A stretch of DNA of 63,918 nt, filler included, from Octopus bimaculoides (Eukaryota): the NCBI RefSeq assembly GCF_001194135.2. It is 9 parts of 9 records of this genome, joined end to end, with 100 filler letters (N's around TTAATTAATTAA, not from the genome) between each part and the next. Parts side by side here need not be neighbours in the genome. Positions count along the whole stretch, not along the records: positions 1 to 13,269 come from NC_068993.1; positions 13,370 to 30,604 come from NC_068981.1; 7 more parts are not named here. The stretch is one strand, 5' to 3'. Numbering within the stretch: the first letter of the stretch is position 1; each line of letters starts with the position of its first letter. Both the position numbers and the translations under genes were made by a program. Below the pieces are notes generated by a model. The model was given only the letters and a program-made list of their open reading frames with translations, ran no database searches and was not told the DNA's origin. Shown here in pieces: positions 10,281 through 22,545 of this stretch.

Positions 10281-11462
10281 AGACTCAATTCAGACGTGTG
10301 GTATACTTTCTTTTTCCATTTTGTTTTATTTATTTTGTCTATTCATTTATTTATTGAACTGCTTACCGGGCAAACCCGCACTCCCATCCCGAATTAATTA
10401 TTTTTTCTCGAATAACCCAGACATAATTACAATTATAAGTCAATCAATATAAAGGCAAACTTCTAAATTTTAAAGCAGTTTGATAAGTGCCATGTACGAA
10501 ACTTTTGACCTTTGAGTTACTTATAACACCTGCAGAATTTTATAGATACGTATATATATCTTGTTATATATACTAATATATACCCTGTCCTGTTTACTAC
10601 CCAACTTATATATATATATATNNNNNNNNNNNNNNNNNNNNNNNNNNNNNNNNNNNNNNNNNNNNNNNNNNNNNNNNNNNNNNNNNNNNNNNNNNNNNNN
10701 NNNNNNNNNNNNNNNNNNNNNNNNNNNNNNNNNNNNNNNNNNNNNNNNNNNNNNNNNNNNNNNNNNNNNNNNNNNNNNNNNNNNNNNNNNNNNNNNNNNN
10801 NNNNNNNNNNNNNNNNNNNNNNNNNNNNNNNNNNNNNNNNNNNNNNNNNNNNNNNNNNNNNNNNNNNNNNNNNNNNNNNNNNNNNNNNNNNNNNNNNNNN
10901 NNNNNNNNNNNNNNNNNNNNNNNNNNNNNNNNNNNNNNNNNNNNNNNNNNNNNNNNNNNNNNNNNNNNNNNNNNNNNNNNNNNNNNNNNNNNNNNNNNNN
11001 NNNNNNNNNNNNNNNNNNNNNNNNNNNNNNNNNNNNNNNNNNNNNNNNNNNNNNNNNNNNNNNNNNNNNNNNNNNNNNNNNNNNNNNNNNNNNNNNNNNN
11101 NNNNNNNNNNNNNNNNNNNNNNNNNNNNNNNNNNNNNNNNNNNNNNNNNNNNNNNNNNNNNNNNNNNNNNNNNNNNNNNNNNNNNNNNNNNNNNNNNNNN
11201 NNNNNNNNNNNNNNNNNNNNNNNNNNNNNNNNNNNNNNNNNNNNNNNNNNNNNNNNNNNNNNNNNNNNNNNNNNNNNNNNNNNNNNNNNNNNNNNNNNNN
11301 NNNNNNNNNNNNNNNNNNNNNNNNNNNNNNNNNNNNNNNNNNNNNNNNNNNNNNNNNNNNNNNNNNNNNNNNNNNNNNNNNNNNNNNNNNNNNNNNNNNN
11401 NNNNNNNNNNNNNNNNNNNNNNNNNNNNNNNNNNNNNNNNNNNNNNNNNNNNNNNNNNNNNN

Positions 11463-11505
<43 letters not shown>

Positions 11506-12069
11506 CATAATCATTTTCATTAGTCTCAACTGACACAACGCTTCTTGCAGTCATGTCCGCCTCTTCTTCCTTATTCTTTTTTTGAAGGAGCAATTTTACG
11601 ATTCTACTAGTGATGTAAAAAGAGAAACACCTGAACTATGACTGGATAATATTTACAACAGCGACATCATTGACATTTCCAACTTATATTTTTAATAGTT
11701 AGACACATGCCAAATCTTGGTTCAGAAGACGTAGAAACAAAAAAGCATTCCAGTAGTCTTATCATCGGTTCCAGGAATACATTAACCAATCTCTCCTTTA
11801 CTTATTCAAGTTGTAGAGTGTGAGTTGAGAGAAATGGCTACTATTTCTAGCAGGTAGAGTAAACAGTTAGAGTATCATGTGTAGGTTGTTATCGATGTTT
11901 TTAGTGTTATTTGTGTTGTTGTTTGTTTCAAATGTACTGGAACTGTATGATAAAATCAAAAACAACATGAAATACAGAAACTGTCAGTATGAGACGGTGG
12001 ATAATAATGTATGCAGTTTTGTGTATGAAGGCTTTGAAATTTTTGAAATAACGGTATGTGAGATTGTTT

Positions 12070-13120
12070 TTCATCAAAACAAACATTCTATACAGTTCCT
12101 TATTACTTGTGGATTGAAGCAAGGCTGTAGTTCTGTACCTATATTCTTCTCCTTATAGTTGGCTATGACAATCTTAGAACCTTCCTCCATGCAATTTAGT
12201 TGTTGACATCAGATATTGTTTTGAAGGTAAACTATTTAATAAATCCAGATTTCAATTTCATCAACTTATCAACATCCAACACATCTTAGAGTTTCAATAT
12301 ATCGTTGAAAATTCTATCCTATCTCCAGAAACCAGTCTACAATTTCACCCAGTACTTATGACTTTTAAGCCTCAGTGGATATCAAGAAGACTAAAGTTCC
12401 CAGGCAACCTTCTCCAAAACCTAACCTCCATAATTTCAAAATCACCATCCCTGATATAGCTGTTGAAAATGTTGATAACTTCCCCTTTCTTGGCTGGATT
12501 CTTTCTAACAAATATACTTCTAAAAAAAAATGAAGAACACATAATTGGATCAACCTATCCAACATTATGAAAATTGGCAAAACAAGTCTTTAAGAACGTA
12601 TATCTATCCCCAACCAACCATCAATAATAATAATAAAAAGCTGATGGTCTATCAAGCCGTCATCGTCTCATCTTTTTTACACGGTTGTGAAACATGGCCA
12701 CTTTGACGCCTGGACACCAAAAAGCCGAGACTTTTCCATCAGCTATCTTAAACAACAAATGGGAGGACTACATAACCGGTAATGTTTTCCAAGAAAAAGC
12801 GAACAGTTTAGCATAGAATCAACAATGTTGGAACACGAGCTACGATGCTGAGCACATGTAGTTAGAATGAAAGAAAAAGGATTTTCGAGTCAAATCTTTA
12901 ACAGTGAATTAGCCAGAGGGGAAAGATCTCGAAGGCATTTTGTCTGGCGTTACAAAAACCAACTAATATCAACCATCAAAATGGTTGGGATTTCCAACAG
13001 ATACATGCGAAACTGAGCGTCCATCGTCACCACCATAAATTACAGTTTGAAGCAAAAAGATGAAGGAAAATTAAAACGTATAGAACGCAAGATGCAGCAA
13101 CAACCAAGAACTTCGTCAAA
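12070..13120 (+). mobile_element. RTE-clade LINE relic (3' part of RT)
   Basis: GLKQGCSSVPIFFSL, VENVDNFPFLGWILS, KLMVYQAVIVSSFLHGCETW, and a degenerate LRW.GHV.RM...EL..G.R.RG. Confidence 0.8.
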
Positions 13121-13128
13121 TCGTTCCC

Positions 13129-13201
13129 GGGCATATGGCGTAGTAGTTAAGAGCGCGGGCTACTAACCCCAAGATTCCGAGTTCGATTCCAGGCAGTGAC
13201 A

Positions 13202-13269
<68 letters not shown>

Positions 13270-13270
13270 N
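13129..13270 (+). mobile_element. Short tRNA-like element with an (AAT)n tail (tRNA pseudogene or simple SINE)
   Basis: A box TGGCGTAGTAGTTAAG, loop CT-ACT-AA and B box GAGTTCGATTCC, followed directly by (AAT)n. The anticodon and acceptor stems are imperfect. Confidence 0.7.
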
Positions 13271-13369
13271 NNNNNNNNNNNNNNNNNNNNNNNNNNNNNN
13301 NNNNNNNNNNNNNTTAATTAATTAANNNNNNNNNNNNNNNNNNNNNNNNNNNNNNNNNNNNNNNNNNNN

Positions 13370-13407
<38 letters not shown>

Positions 13408-13789
13408 TGATTGAAGCCAAGGTGATGATGGTGGTGTGGAGAGGGGACGGTAGGGGAATTATTGTTGTCTTCCCCCACACAATTTTCTATCTACGTCATT
13501 GGTTGATTTAGTGTTACACTCTGATCTATCTAAGTCGTTGTATCGGATGATGGCGGAGCTACTCTGGCTGGCTTTATGGATGGTTTTTGTACCACCAACA
13601 CCACAACCACTACTACTACTACTACTACCTACACCACCTCCACCACCGTATATCACTACTACGTTCTTTGGTGATTATAAGGTAGTGGTAATGAACGTAG
13701 TGGTGATATAAGGCCATTGCTGTTCCTGGTCATGGCTGTAGTGGCGATATCACTACCACATTCGTTACGAGCCACTGAGGGAACTTCTG

Positions 13790-13827
13790 CGTGGTCGCTC
13801 AATCTACTAGAAATAGCAACCAAATCT

Positions 13828-13888
<61 letters not shown>

Positions 13889-14430
13889 ACGCCACTGCTT
13901 ATATATAACGGCCGGGTACATTAGATAATGCAGACCTGAAATACACCTAAAAAGATGAGGTGGCCATATTTGGAATGCCTTTGATCACAGGTCTGCTCGA
14001 TCAACATTAACCTGTAGCTAAACAACACCAATACGTGAACTAGTTATTACATGAACCAGCGGGTAATTCTGTACATGGTTGCTCGATCAACCAGAAATAG
14101 CTGCCAAATCTACTTCAAATCACACGCCACTGTCTTATATAAGGATCGGGCACTTTAGATAATGCAGTCCTAAAATACATCCAGAAAGTTAGGGTGGCCA
14201 TATCTGGAATGTCCTTTTATCATAGGTCTGCTCAATCAACCGTTTATTACATGAGCCAATGGGGGGATCTTGTAGGTGGTTGCTCAATCAACCAGAAATA
14301 GCAACCAAATTCCTTCGGATTTCTTCCTAATGTTTTAGAAAAGGCTATTTCGGATAATACGGTCCCAGGTTCAATCCCTGCCCATAGCAAAAGAAGTGAT
14401 GGTCAAGCCTGGAATACTTTTGAGTTTAGG
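13790..14430. repeat. Diverged tandem repeat, about 3 units of ~200-250 bp
   Basis: Recurrent AGAAATAGC(A/T)(A/G)CCAAAT near 13810, 14095 and 14295; TAGATAATGCAG near 13922 and 14156; GGTCTGCTC(G/A)ATCAAC near 13990 and 14225. A related single copy lies near 44080-44240. Confidence 0.7.
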
Positions 14431-15039
14431 TCTTCACTCTCTTACACACACACATTTGCTTACACAGTTACACTAACACATTGAACTACATATACATCCA
14501 TCATAGACGCCCATACACATAGATAAATACTCATACATATTTATACTTTTATACGTATGTATGTGTGTGTATATATGTGTATATATGTGTGTGTATGTAT
14601 GTCTGTATGCATGTATGCATGTGTACGNNNNNNNNNNTGTATGTCTGTATGCATGTATGCATGTGTACGTATGTATATATTTGTGTGTGTGTGTTTGTGT
14701 ATGTATGTATTATGTATTTATATATGTATATATGCGTGTGTTTGTGTGTGTATGTATGTCTGTATGCATGTATGTATACATGTATGTATACAGGCATGCA
14801 TTCGGGCATATCTTTGTAAACAATAGTATATAGACACATGTATTACGCATGTACACGTACATTCATGCATGTAAACATGTAAGCAGTAAATATACTGTGC
14901 TTACATTCAAATGTACACAAACTACATCATTACACTTGCACACGCACACACACACGCATACACAAACAAACACACACACACATACATATGCATATTTAAG
15001 CATGCGTGTGCATACAACAGGAAGACCCAAAGTACTATA

Positions 15040-15385
15040 GTGGCACTCTGTCGTTTACGACGAAAAGGGTTCCAGTTGATCCGATCAACGGAACAGCCTG
15101 CTAGTGAAATTAACGTGCAAGTGGCTGAGCACTCCACAGACATGTGTACCCCTTAACGTAGTTCTCGGGGATATTCAGCGTGACACAGTGTGACAAGGCT
15201 GACCCTTTTGAATTACAGGCACAACAGAAACAGGAAGAAAGAATGAGAGAAAGTTGTGGTGAAAGAGTACAGCAGGGTTCGCCACCTCCCCTACCGGAGC
15301 CTCGTGAAGCTTTAGGTGTTTTCGCTCAATAAACACTCACAACGCCCGGTTTGGGAATCGAAACCGCGATCCTAAGACCGCGAGA
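15040..15385 (-). mobile_element. tRNA-derived SINE family B, head truncated
   Basis: Near-identical to 19645-20033 and 27307-27698. Confidence 0.85.
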
Positions 15386-15404
15386 GATAGATAGAGAGAT
15401 AGAT

Positions 15405-15563
15405 ATTCAGGTGTGGCTATTTTGTGAGAAGTTTACTTCCCATCCATATGGTTCCGGGTTCAGTCTCACTGCACGACACTTTGGGCAAGTGCCTTCTACT
15501 ATAGCCTCGGACCAACCAAAGCCTTGTGAGTGAATTTGGTAAACGTAAACTGAAAGAAGCCCA

Positions 15564-15622
<59 letters not shown>

Positions 15623-16450
15623 NNNNNNNNNNNNNNNNNNNNNNNNNNNNNNNNNNNNNNNNNNNNNNNNNNNNNNNNNNNNNNNNNNNNNNNNNNNNNN
15701 NNNNNNNNNNNNNNNNNNNNNNNNNNNNNNNNNNNNNNNNNNNNNNNNNNNNNNNNNNNNNNNNNNNNNNNNNNNNNNNNNNNNNNNNNNNNNNNNNNNN
15801 NNNNNNNNNNNNNNNNNNNNNNNNNNNNNNNNNNNNNNNNNNNNNNNNNNNNNNNNNNNNNNNNNNNNNNNNNNNNNNNNNNNNNNNNNNNNNNNNNNNN
15901 NNNNNNNNNNNNNNNNNNNNNNNNNNNNNNNNNNNNNNNNNNNNNNNNNNNNNNNNNNNNNNNNNNNNNNNNNNNNNNNNNNNNNNNNNNNNNNNNNNNN
16001 NNNNNNNNNNNNNNNNNNNNNNNNNNNNNNNNNNNNNNNNNNNNNNNNNNNNNNNNNNNNNNNNNNNNNNNNNNNNNNNNNNNNNNNNNNNNNNNNNNNN
16101 NNNNNNNNNNNNNNNNNNNNNNNNNNNNNNNNNNNNNNNNNNNNNNNNNNNNNNNNNNNNNNNNNNNNNNNNNNNNNNNNNNNNNNNNNNNNNNNNNNNN
16201 NNNNNNNNNNNGTGTGTGTGCGTGTGTGCGCGCGTTTGTGTGTATGTTTGTTTGTGTTTCACACACACACACACACACACAACATCGCTTGACAACAGAT
16301 GGTGATGTATTTACGTCCCAGTAAATTAGCGGTTCGCCAAAAGAAACCGATAGAATAAGTACTAGGCTTACAAAGAATAAGTCCTGGGGTCGGGTCGATT
16401 TGCTCGACTAAAGGCGGTGCTCCAGCATGGCCTCAGTCAAATGACTGAAA
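15405..16450 (+). mobile_element. SINE family A with a greatly expanded internal (GT)n and gap
   Basis: 5' half at 15405-15565, (GT)n/N-run, 3' half at 16280-16450 ending AACAAGTAAGAGTAAAAGAG. Confidence 0.8.
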
Positions 16451-17109
16451 CAAGTAAGAGTAAAAGAGCAATATATATATACACACACACACACATACAC
16501 ACACACACACACACGTATATTCATAGAAGGGTCTTAAGAATATTCATGAATATGTTATACCCCTATTAGATAATACCTACTTGCTCGCATTTATATAGAT
16601 GCAGAGATATGTGTATATATTAATATGCGTGTAATTTTCTTTACATACCCAGTTTTATCTGATTTATACACATGTATGTATGTATGTATGTATGTGTGTA
16701 TGTATGTGTGCGTGTATGTATGTGTGTATGTATGTATTATGTATGCATATATGTATATATGCGTGTGTTTGTGTGTGTATGTATGTCTGTATGCATGTAT
16801 GTATGTATGTGTACGTATGTATATATTTATATCTGTGTGTTTGTGTATGTATGTGTATGTATGTGTGTAGAATAAATACATACACACACTTCACACACGT
16901 GAATATATGCCTGCATGTATGTGTAAGTATGTGTTATAGGAGATGAGCGCTGTGTGTTTTGGATGTTGGATGCATTATATGTTATATCTGCATTTGTTGT
17001 ATGTTCAAGTGTTTGTTGTGTGCATGTCTTTCATGTATGTATGAGTGTGTATGTGTGTGTGTAAGTGTATGCATTGTGTTTGTGCGCGTGCGTGAGTGTT
17101 TGCGTTTTT

Positions 17110-17420
17110 AAGACACACTCATAAATCAAGGATACTAACAGATAGCTATGATTTCAAATTAGAACACTCAATATCGTAAGAGGCCACCTAACGGCTGAGC
17201 CGGGATTCCTCTATTACCTCCTCTTACCACCACAGCCTAATCGGCACCTTCTCTGTTTATCTTTCTTCCCTCTTTCTTTCATTCTATCTTTCTGTCTTTC
17301 TACATCTACTTTCTTTCTTTCTTCCTCTTTTCCCCCGTCTTTCCTTCTAATGTTTCTTCTTCAGCTTCGTCTTCCATTCATTCTTCCATTTCTATATTCC
17401 TGTAATCTTTCTCCATTTCT
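17110..17420 (+). mobile_element. Possible PLE endonuclease end and pyrimidine-rich 3' UTR
   Basis: FQIRTLNIVRGHLTAEPGF resembles the L.TL.P.GLN end of PLE ORFs and is followed by a CT-rich tract. Confidence 0.35.
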
Positions 17421-17719
17421 CCTCCACCACCTATTCTCTCTCATCGTTTGTCACATATGTTTAACATACCATCCATCTCTAACCTTCTCACTTTGCTTCA
17501 TTTACTATCTTTTTCTCTAAACCTCCTCACTTTCTATTCCTCTCCCTCTATTATTCACTCATTCTCTTTCTCTCCCTCTGTATATCTGAATCCTTTCTTT
17601 CGTATACTCGTACGTATTCATTTCATTCCAGTCTTACACAAGATCACAGAAGTACACATACACACATCCCATACATATGGGATGTGTGTACGTGTATTAA
17701 TGTACGCTTACAGACACAA

Positions 17720-17807
<88 letters not shown>

Positions 17808-18149
17808 GCACACATCATTTGCACATAAATATCGAAACGGTTTTGCAAACGTTCACACTTGTGTGCGTGTGTATGTATGTCGGCGTGTAAACATATTTAT
17901 ACATACATACATACATACAGCGCGCACACATACACATAATATTCCCCGATAAAGCATATTTCGTACATTTACAAGTGCATACTTGGTACGGATACACACA
18001 TTTGATAAGAGCAACGCACATATGCATCCAACACACACACACTCACACAAAAGCATACATCACACACAAACACACATATATATATAGATATACACACACA
18101 AAATAAACATACGCGTGTGTATGGATTACCATCATCATCATCATCATCA

Positions 18150-18212
<63 letters not shown>

Positions 18213-19156
18213 GTTATTATTATTAGAAGCAAGTCAGCACGCATACATTTTTATAACAAGGTCAAGGGTCACACTCTCATTATCATCCACATACATATAA
18301 AGCTATACAACAAAAGATCATACAGTTATACTTGAACCTTTACATTTGCATTCATACACACATAGATAGATAGATACATGTATACAAACATATATGCATG
18401 CATGCATACATACATAAATACATACATATATGCATGCATGCATACATATATGCACCCATGCATGCATACATACATAAACACAAATCATCAAGACTCAGAC
18501 AAAATGGCGAATGTATCTACAGACGTACGCCACATAGGCACTGACGCGAGCGCACAGGAAAAAGTACACATTCGTTTTGTCTGTACATGCTTCATGTTTG
18601 TACAGACTGACATTTTCATACAAACTCGCAGAAATAGACAACATATATTTACTGATAAAGTTAGCTTGGTGTATTTACTTATGTGTATGCATACTCATAA
18701 TATACGCTATATGAATAGCGTGTATTGTCTGCGAAGGAAAGTTTTGTGGATTTCTGACATACTCGTGTGTGTGTGCGCGCACATGAAGGTGAGTCATTAA
18801 TTATCCACAGTGTACTTATATTTTTGTTTTTCTTTTTGGCGAGAAAATTAGTTGCTCGTGCACCATTAGGCGTCGTCTCTGTCTACCCTCAACGATGCAA
18901 GTTTGAACATGGAGCGTCAAGTTGCCATTGTTATTACGTTAAACATATTCGTTCCGCTTTCTCTTAGCTCTGGAGAAGAGCTCAATAATGTATTCTGGGT
19001 TTTTTGGGGTTTTTTTTAGCAATTATTTTTTTAATTCATTGCAACAACAGTAGAGTACGAGGAGATTGTTTTTGGTCAGAATCCTTTCGCTTTTCAACAC
19101 ATTTGGCCCATTTTCGCACAAAGGTCTTTATCTCTCACTCTCTCTTTCTTTCTCTT

Positions 19157-19193
<37 letters not shown>

Positions 19194-19202
19194 CTCTCTC
19201 TC

Positions 19203-19245
<43 letters not shown>

Positions 19246-19644
19246 CTTTCGCACTCTCAGAATATTTTCACAATGAGTCACAACTTCCTTCATTTTGAGT
19301 GGGGGGTCATTGGCAAATCGATGACTTTCGTCTTAAGGCGTCACTGACTGGCCCAAACAGGTGACAGAAGAGACAAAACTAGGACTATACAAAAGATCCT
19401 CTAATATATCCAACAGTACGATACCTTTCAACAGTAATCCTCCTTGTCTACGAAGAATTGCAGGCCTTAGCTTGTCGCATAGCTTCTTGCTTTAAGAAAC
19501 ACTGATTATTGTTGATCTTCTTTCCAGTTAATAATCTGATACTGTTGGAAACATCTTTCTGCTGTTGGTTTAGATTTGAAGTTTGCTTGTTTGTTGTTGT
19601 TGTTTCTGTTGTTTTGCGTCAAGTTCTAGAAGTTTCCATTCAGT

Positions 19645-20033
19645 TGTTGTTGTTGACACTCCGTCGCTTACGACGTCGAGGGTTCCAGTTGATCCGATCA
19701 ACGGAACAGCCTGCTCGTGAAATTAACGTGCAAGTGGCTGAGAACTCCACAGACACGTGTACCCTTAACGTAGTTCTCAGGGAGATTCAGCGTGACACAG
19801 TGTGACAAGGCTGACCCTTTGAATTACAGGCACAACAGAAACAGGAAGAAAGAGTGAAAGAAAGTTATGGCGAAAGAGTACAGCAGGGTTCGCCACCATC
19901 TTCCGCCGGAGGCTCGTGAAGTTTTAGGTGTTTTCGCTCAATAAACACTCACAACGTTCGTTCTGGGAATCGAAACCGCGATCCTATGACCGCGAGTCCG
20001 CTGCCCTAACCACTGGGCCATTGTGCCTCCACA
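19645..20033 (-). mobile_element. SINE family B, full length with an 11-bp TSD
   Basis: Head GGAGGCACAATGGCCCAGTGGTTAGGGCAGCGG...GGTTTCGATTCC (A and B boxes), (CAA)n tail, and TSD TTCCATTCAGT at 19634-19644 and 20034-20044. Confidence 0.92.
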
Positions 20034-20199
20034 TTCCATTCAGTAATTTGGCATTTACACTTCGGCTCGTAGTGGAATAGCCGTGTCTCGTCACGAAAGA
20101 CGTAAATATTTATTCATTTTAATTTTATTTTATTTTATTTTATTTTATTTTATTTTATTCAACAAGGTGTTGTTTTTACTGCTATAGAAATCCAAAAGT

Positions 20200-20640
20200 C
20201 GATTGCAAATTTCGAAACGATTCCGCTCATGGAGTTCTGTGATATATTTTAAGACCTAGCATGCACAAACTTTACCGAAGCCAAATATTTAGTGCATGAT
20301 TTAGATTTCATAAACAGAATCATGAGCTTTTTGCATATTAGTCGCCGCTTCATCAACAGTCATCCATCCGTTCAACAGTATTATATCACAAACTCGCTCC
20401 ATGTTGTCACCAGCATAGGGCGTCTTCTGGCGTCCGATCTCTTCTTCATGAGCGACCATCTTTGATTTATTTTTCAATGCATTTGTAGGCAGTTCGTAGC
20501 GTTAAAACACTGTTTCTATACGGTTCTGCAGGCCTTCCACGGATTTCAAACGCTGTAACCGAAAGAAAACTGTTCTTTAATCACTGCTCTTCTTCAGAGT
20601 AAGCAGAAAGGGAAATGTTTAGCATAATAACAACTGATGT
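20200..20640 (-). mobile_element. Mariner transposase N-terminal relic
   Basis: Frameshifted PLSAYSEEEQ, a GR...E..SGR-like segment and MTVDEAA..M....DSVYEI match the mariner HTH region. Confidence 0.6.
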
Positions 20641-20926
20641 TTCATATTAAAATATGTGACATAGGGAAATGATGGACACTACATCTAGTGATGCACAGGC
20701 AACTAATTTTTCCGCCAATAGGAAAAAAAATTGGAAATACATTACCAACGATCAATGACTCACTCGTGTGTGTGTGTGTGTCTGTGTTTGCGCATGCGTG
20801 CGTATGTGTGTGCGTGTGTGCGTGCATGTACGCGTGCGCATGTGTATATGCTGTATGTATATATATAGTGAATGATACATACACGCATGCATACACATAT
20901 ATTTATACAAATAGATAGATAAATAC

Positions 20927-20966
<40 letters not shown>

Positions 20967-21303
20967 NNNNNNNNNNNNNNNNNNNNNNNNNNNNNNNNNN
21001 NNNNNNNNNNNNNNNNNNNNNNNNNNNNNNNNNNNNNNNNNNNNNNNNNNNNNNNNNNNNNNNNNNNNNNNNNNNNNNNNNNNNNNNNNNNNNNNNNNNN
21101 NNNNNNNNNNNNNNNNNNNNNNNNNNNNNNNNNNNNNNNNNNNNNNNNNNNNNNNNNNNNNNNNNNNNNNNNNNNNNNNNNNNNNNNNNNNNNNNNNNNN
21201 NNNNNNNNNNNNNNNNNNNNNNNNNNNNNNNNNNNNNNNNNNNNNNNNNNNNNNNNNNNNNNNNNNNNNNNNNNNNNNNNNNNNNNNNNNNNNNNNNNNN
21301 NNN

Positions 21304-21498
21304 TAGGAGAATGTACGAAAAAAAACAACAGACGAGGACAGGTGGTGTAAACAACAAAAGGAGGTATTAGTATGACGCTCGGGAATACGGAAAGTCTTTA
21401 ACGTTTCGAGCTACGCTCTTCAACAGAAAGAATACGGAGAAAACAAGGAGAAAAACACGGAGAAAAAAAATGGATAGTCACCGGTCAACGATCTATCA
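21304..21498 (-). mobile_element. Family 1 pseudo-LTR-like element, copy 2, between (TA)n tracts
   Basis: Reverse complement of the 7133-7325 element. Confidence 0.85.
21395..21431 (-). ncRNA. Minimal hammerhead-like motif, identical to 7196-7232
   Basis: 37/37 nt identical to the reverse complement of 7196-7232. Confidence 0.65.
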
Positions 21499-21641
21499 TA
21501 TATATATATATATATATATATGCATATACACACTTGCATATGTTTATTATCATTGTTATTACTAGCAGAGAGACTGCCCACCGGGCAGTTTTCTACTACA
21601 AAACTTCACAAAAGTGATACAGCACGAAGTTTTGTCAGTGA

Positions 21642-21707
<66 letters not shown>

Positions 21708-21777
21708 TGCACGCGCACACACATTCATTGATTTTCATTTATGTGTATGTGTATCTGTGTGAGCGTGAGTGTGTATT

Positions 21778-21821
<44 letters not shown>

Positions 21822-22254
21822 ACTGTTGAAGTTCTGTTTGGAAACTGAATAAGGTGCAAGTTTCGAGTACTTGTCGATAACTTTTTGTTTTATTTTTCTC
21901 CTCGTCTTCTAATAGTAATTACCAACTTTCTAGGCTCTTCTCACAGCTATCCCGCATTCAAAAATTATACGTATATTTTGAAAAATTTTCATTCAATAAA
22001 TAATGTTTTTACATTATGTATAAATTAATAGCTAATTAAAATTTAAAAGAGAAAGTGAGAGACTTTGCGAATGAAAATGGAATACTCCGCAGTGAATGCA
22101 ATGAATATTTAAATTTGCGAGAAATTGGAGTTAAAAGATCCAATAAACTTGAGAAATCGAAATTATAGGAATTTTCTTAGAACATGAATTTATAAAAATA
22201 TTTCCAGACGGTCAGCCCTTTAATAATTGCTTTCTTTTAGTACTTTTAGTAATT

Positions 22255-22545
22255 GTTACATATCTAATTAATAAGCAGCTTTCTCCATTATAATACAGAT
22301 TGCTCTCTGTCTGGTGGCTGACTATGACGAAAGGGGTTGCATGATGAACGCGAGTGAAAGGGTTGAAGACGGTTACCTTCCTCTTTGGCCAAGGCCTCAT
22401 TGACTTTTTCAGGTACCATCAGAAAAGGAGGGTGAGACTGAAGAGGAAAGGTGCTGTCACTCAGTAAGTTTGTCGAAAAATGGGTGAATGTAGCAAGGAT
22501 AACCGGTGTAAATGGGCCTACTCTTAATGTGCGCCTGTCGGTGTG
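22255..22545 (+). mobile_element. L1/Tx1-type LINE ORF2 C-terminal relic
   Basis: ALCLVA..., LIDFFRYHQKRRVRLKRK and SKFVEKWVNVAR. The DNA is homologous to the minus strand of 48050-48115 (CTCTGTCTGGTGGCT..ATGACGAAAG). Confidence 0.65.

Noticed and set aside
10517-11593. Long ORFs in the track that span gaps (also 15417-16324, 25895-26667, 29132-30020, 31076-31849 and others)
   Set aside because: Open only because N-runs and dinucleotide repeats lack stop codons.
13314-13325. TTAATTAATTAA islands inside N-runs, also at 30649, 33053, 49912, 52074, 55648, 58253 and 62788
   Set aside because: An identical palindromic 12-mer with stops in all six frames, always isolated between ~40-50 Ns. This is an artificial scaffolding linker, not a biological motif or repeat array.
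18830-19130. Possible mariner 5' relic
   Set aside because: Only a vague resemblance, and no motif or TIR could be read.
19960-20033. tRNA-like heads of SINE families A and B as tRNA genes
   Set aside because: They continue into SINE bodies with tails and TSDs, and the cloverleaf is incomplete.
22370-22465. Apparent small exons on either strand (cag|GTACC...CA|gtaagt, and minus-strand SHPPFLMVPEKVNEALAKEE)
   Set aside because: The sequence is part of the Tx1-like relic homologous to 48050-48115, so the splice-like sites are coincidental.
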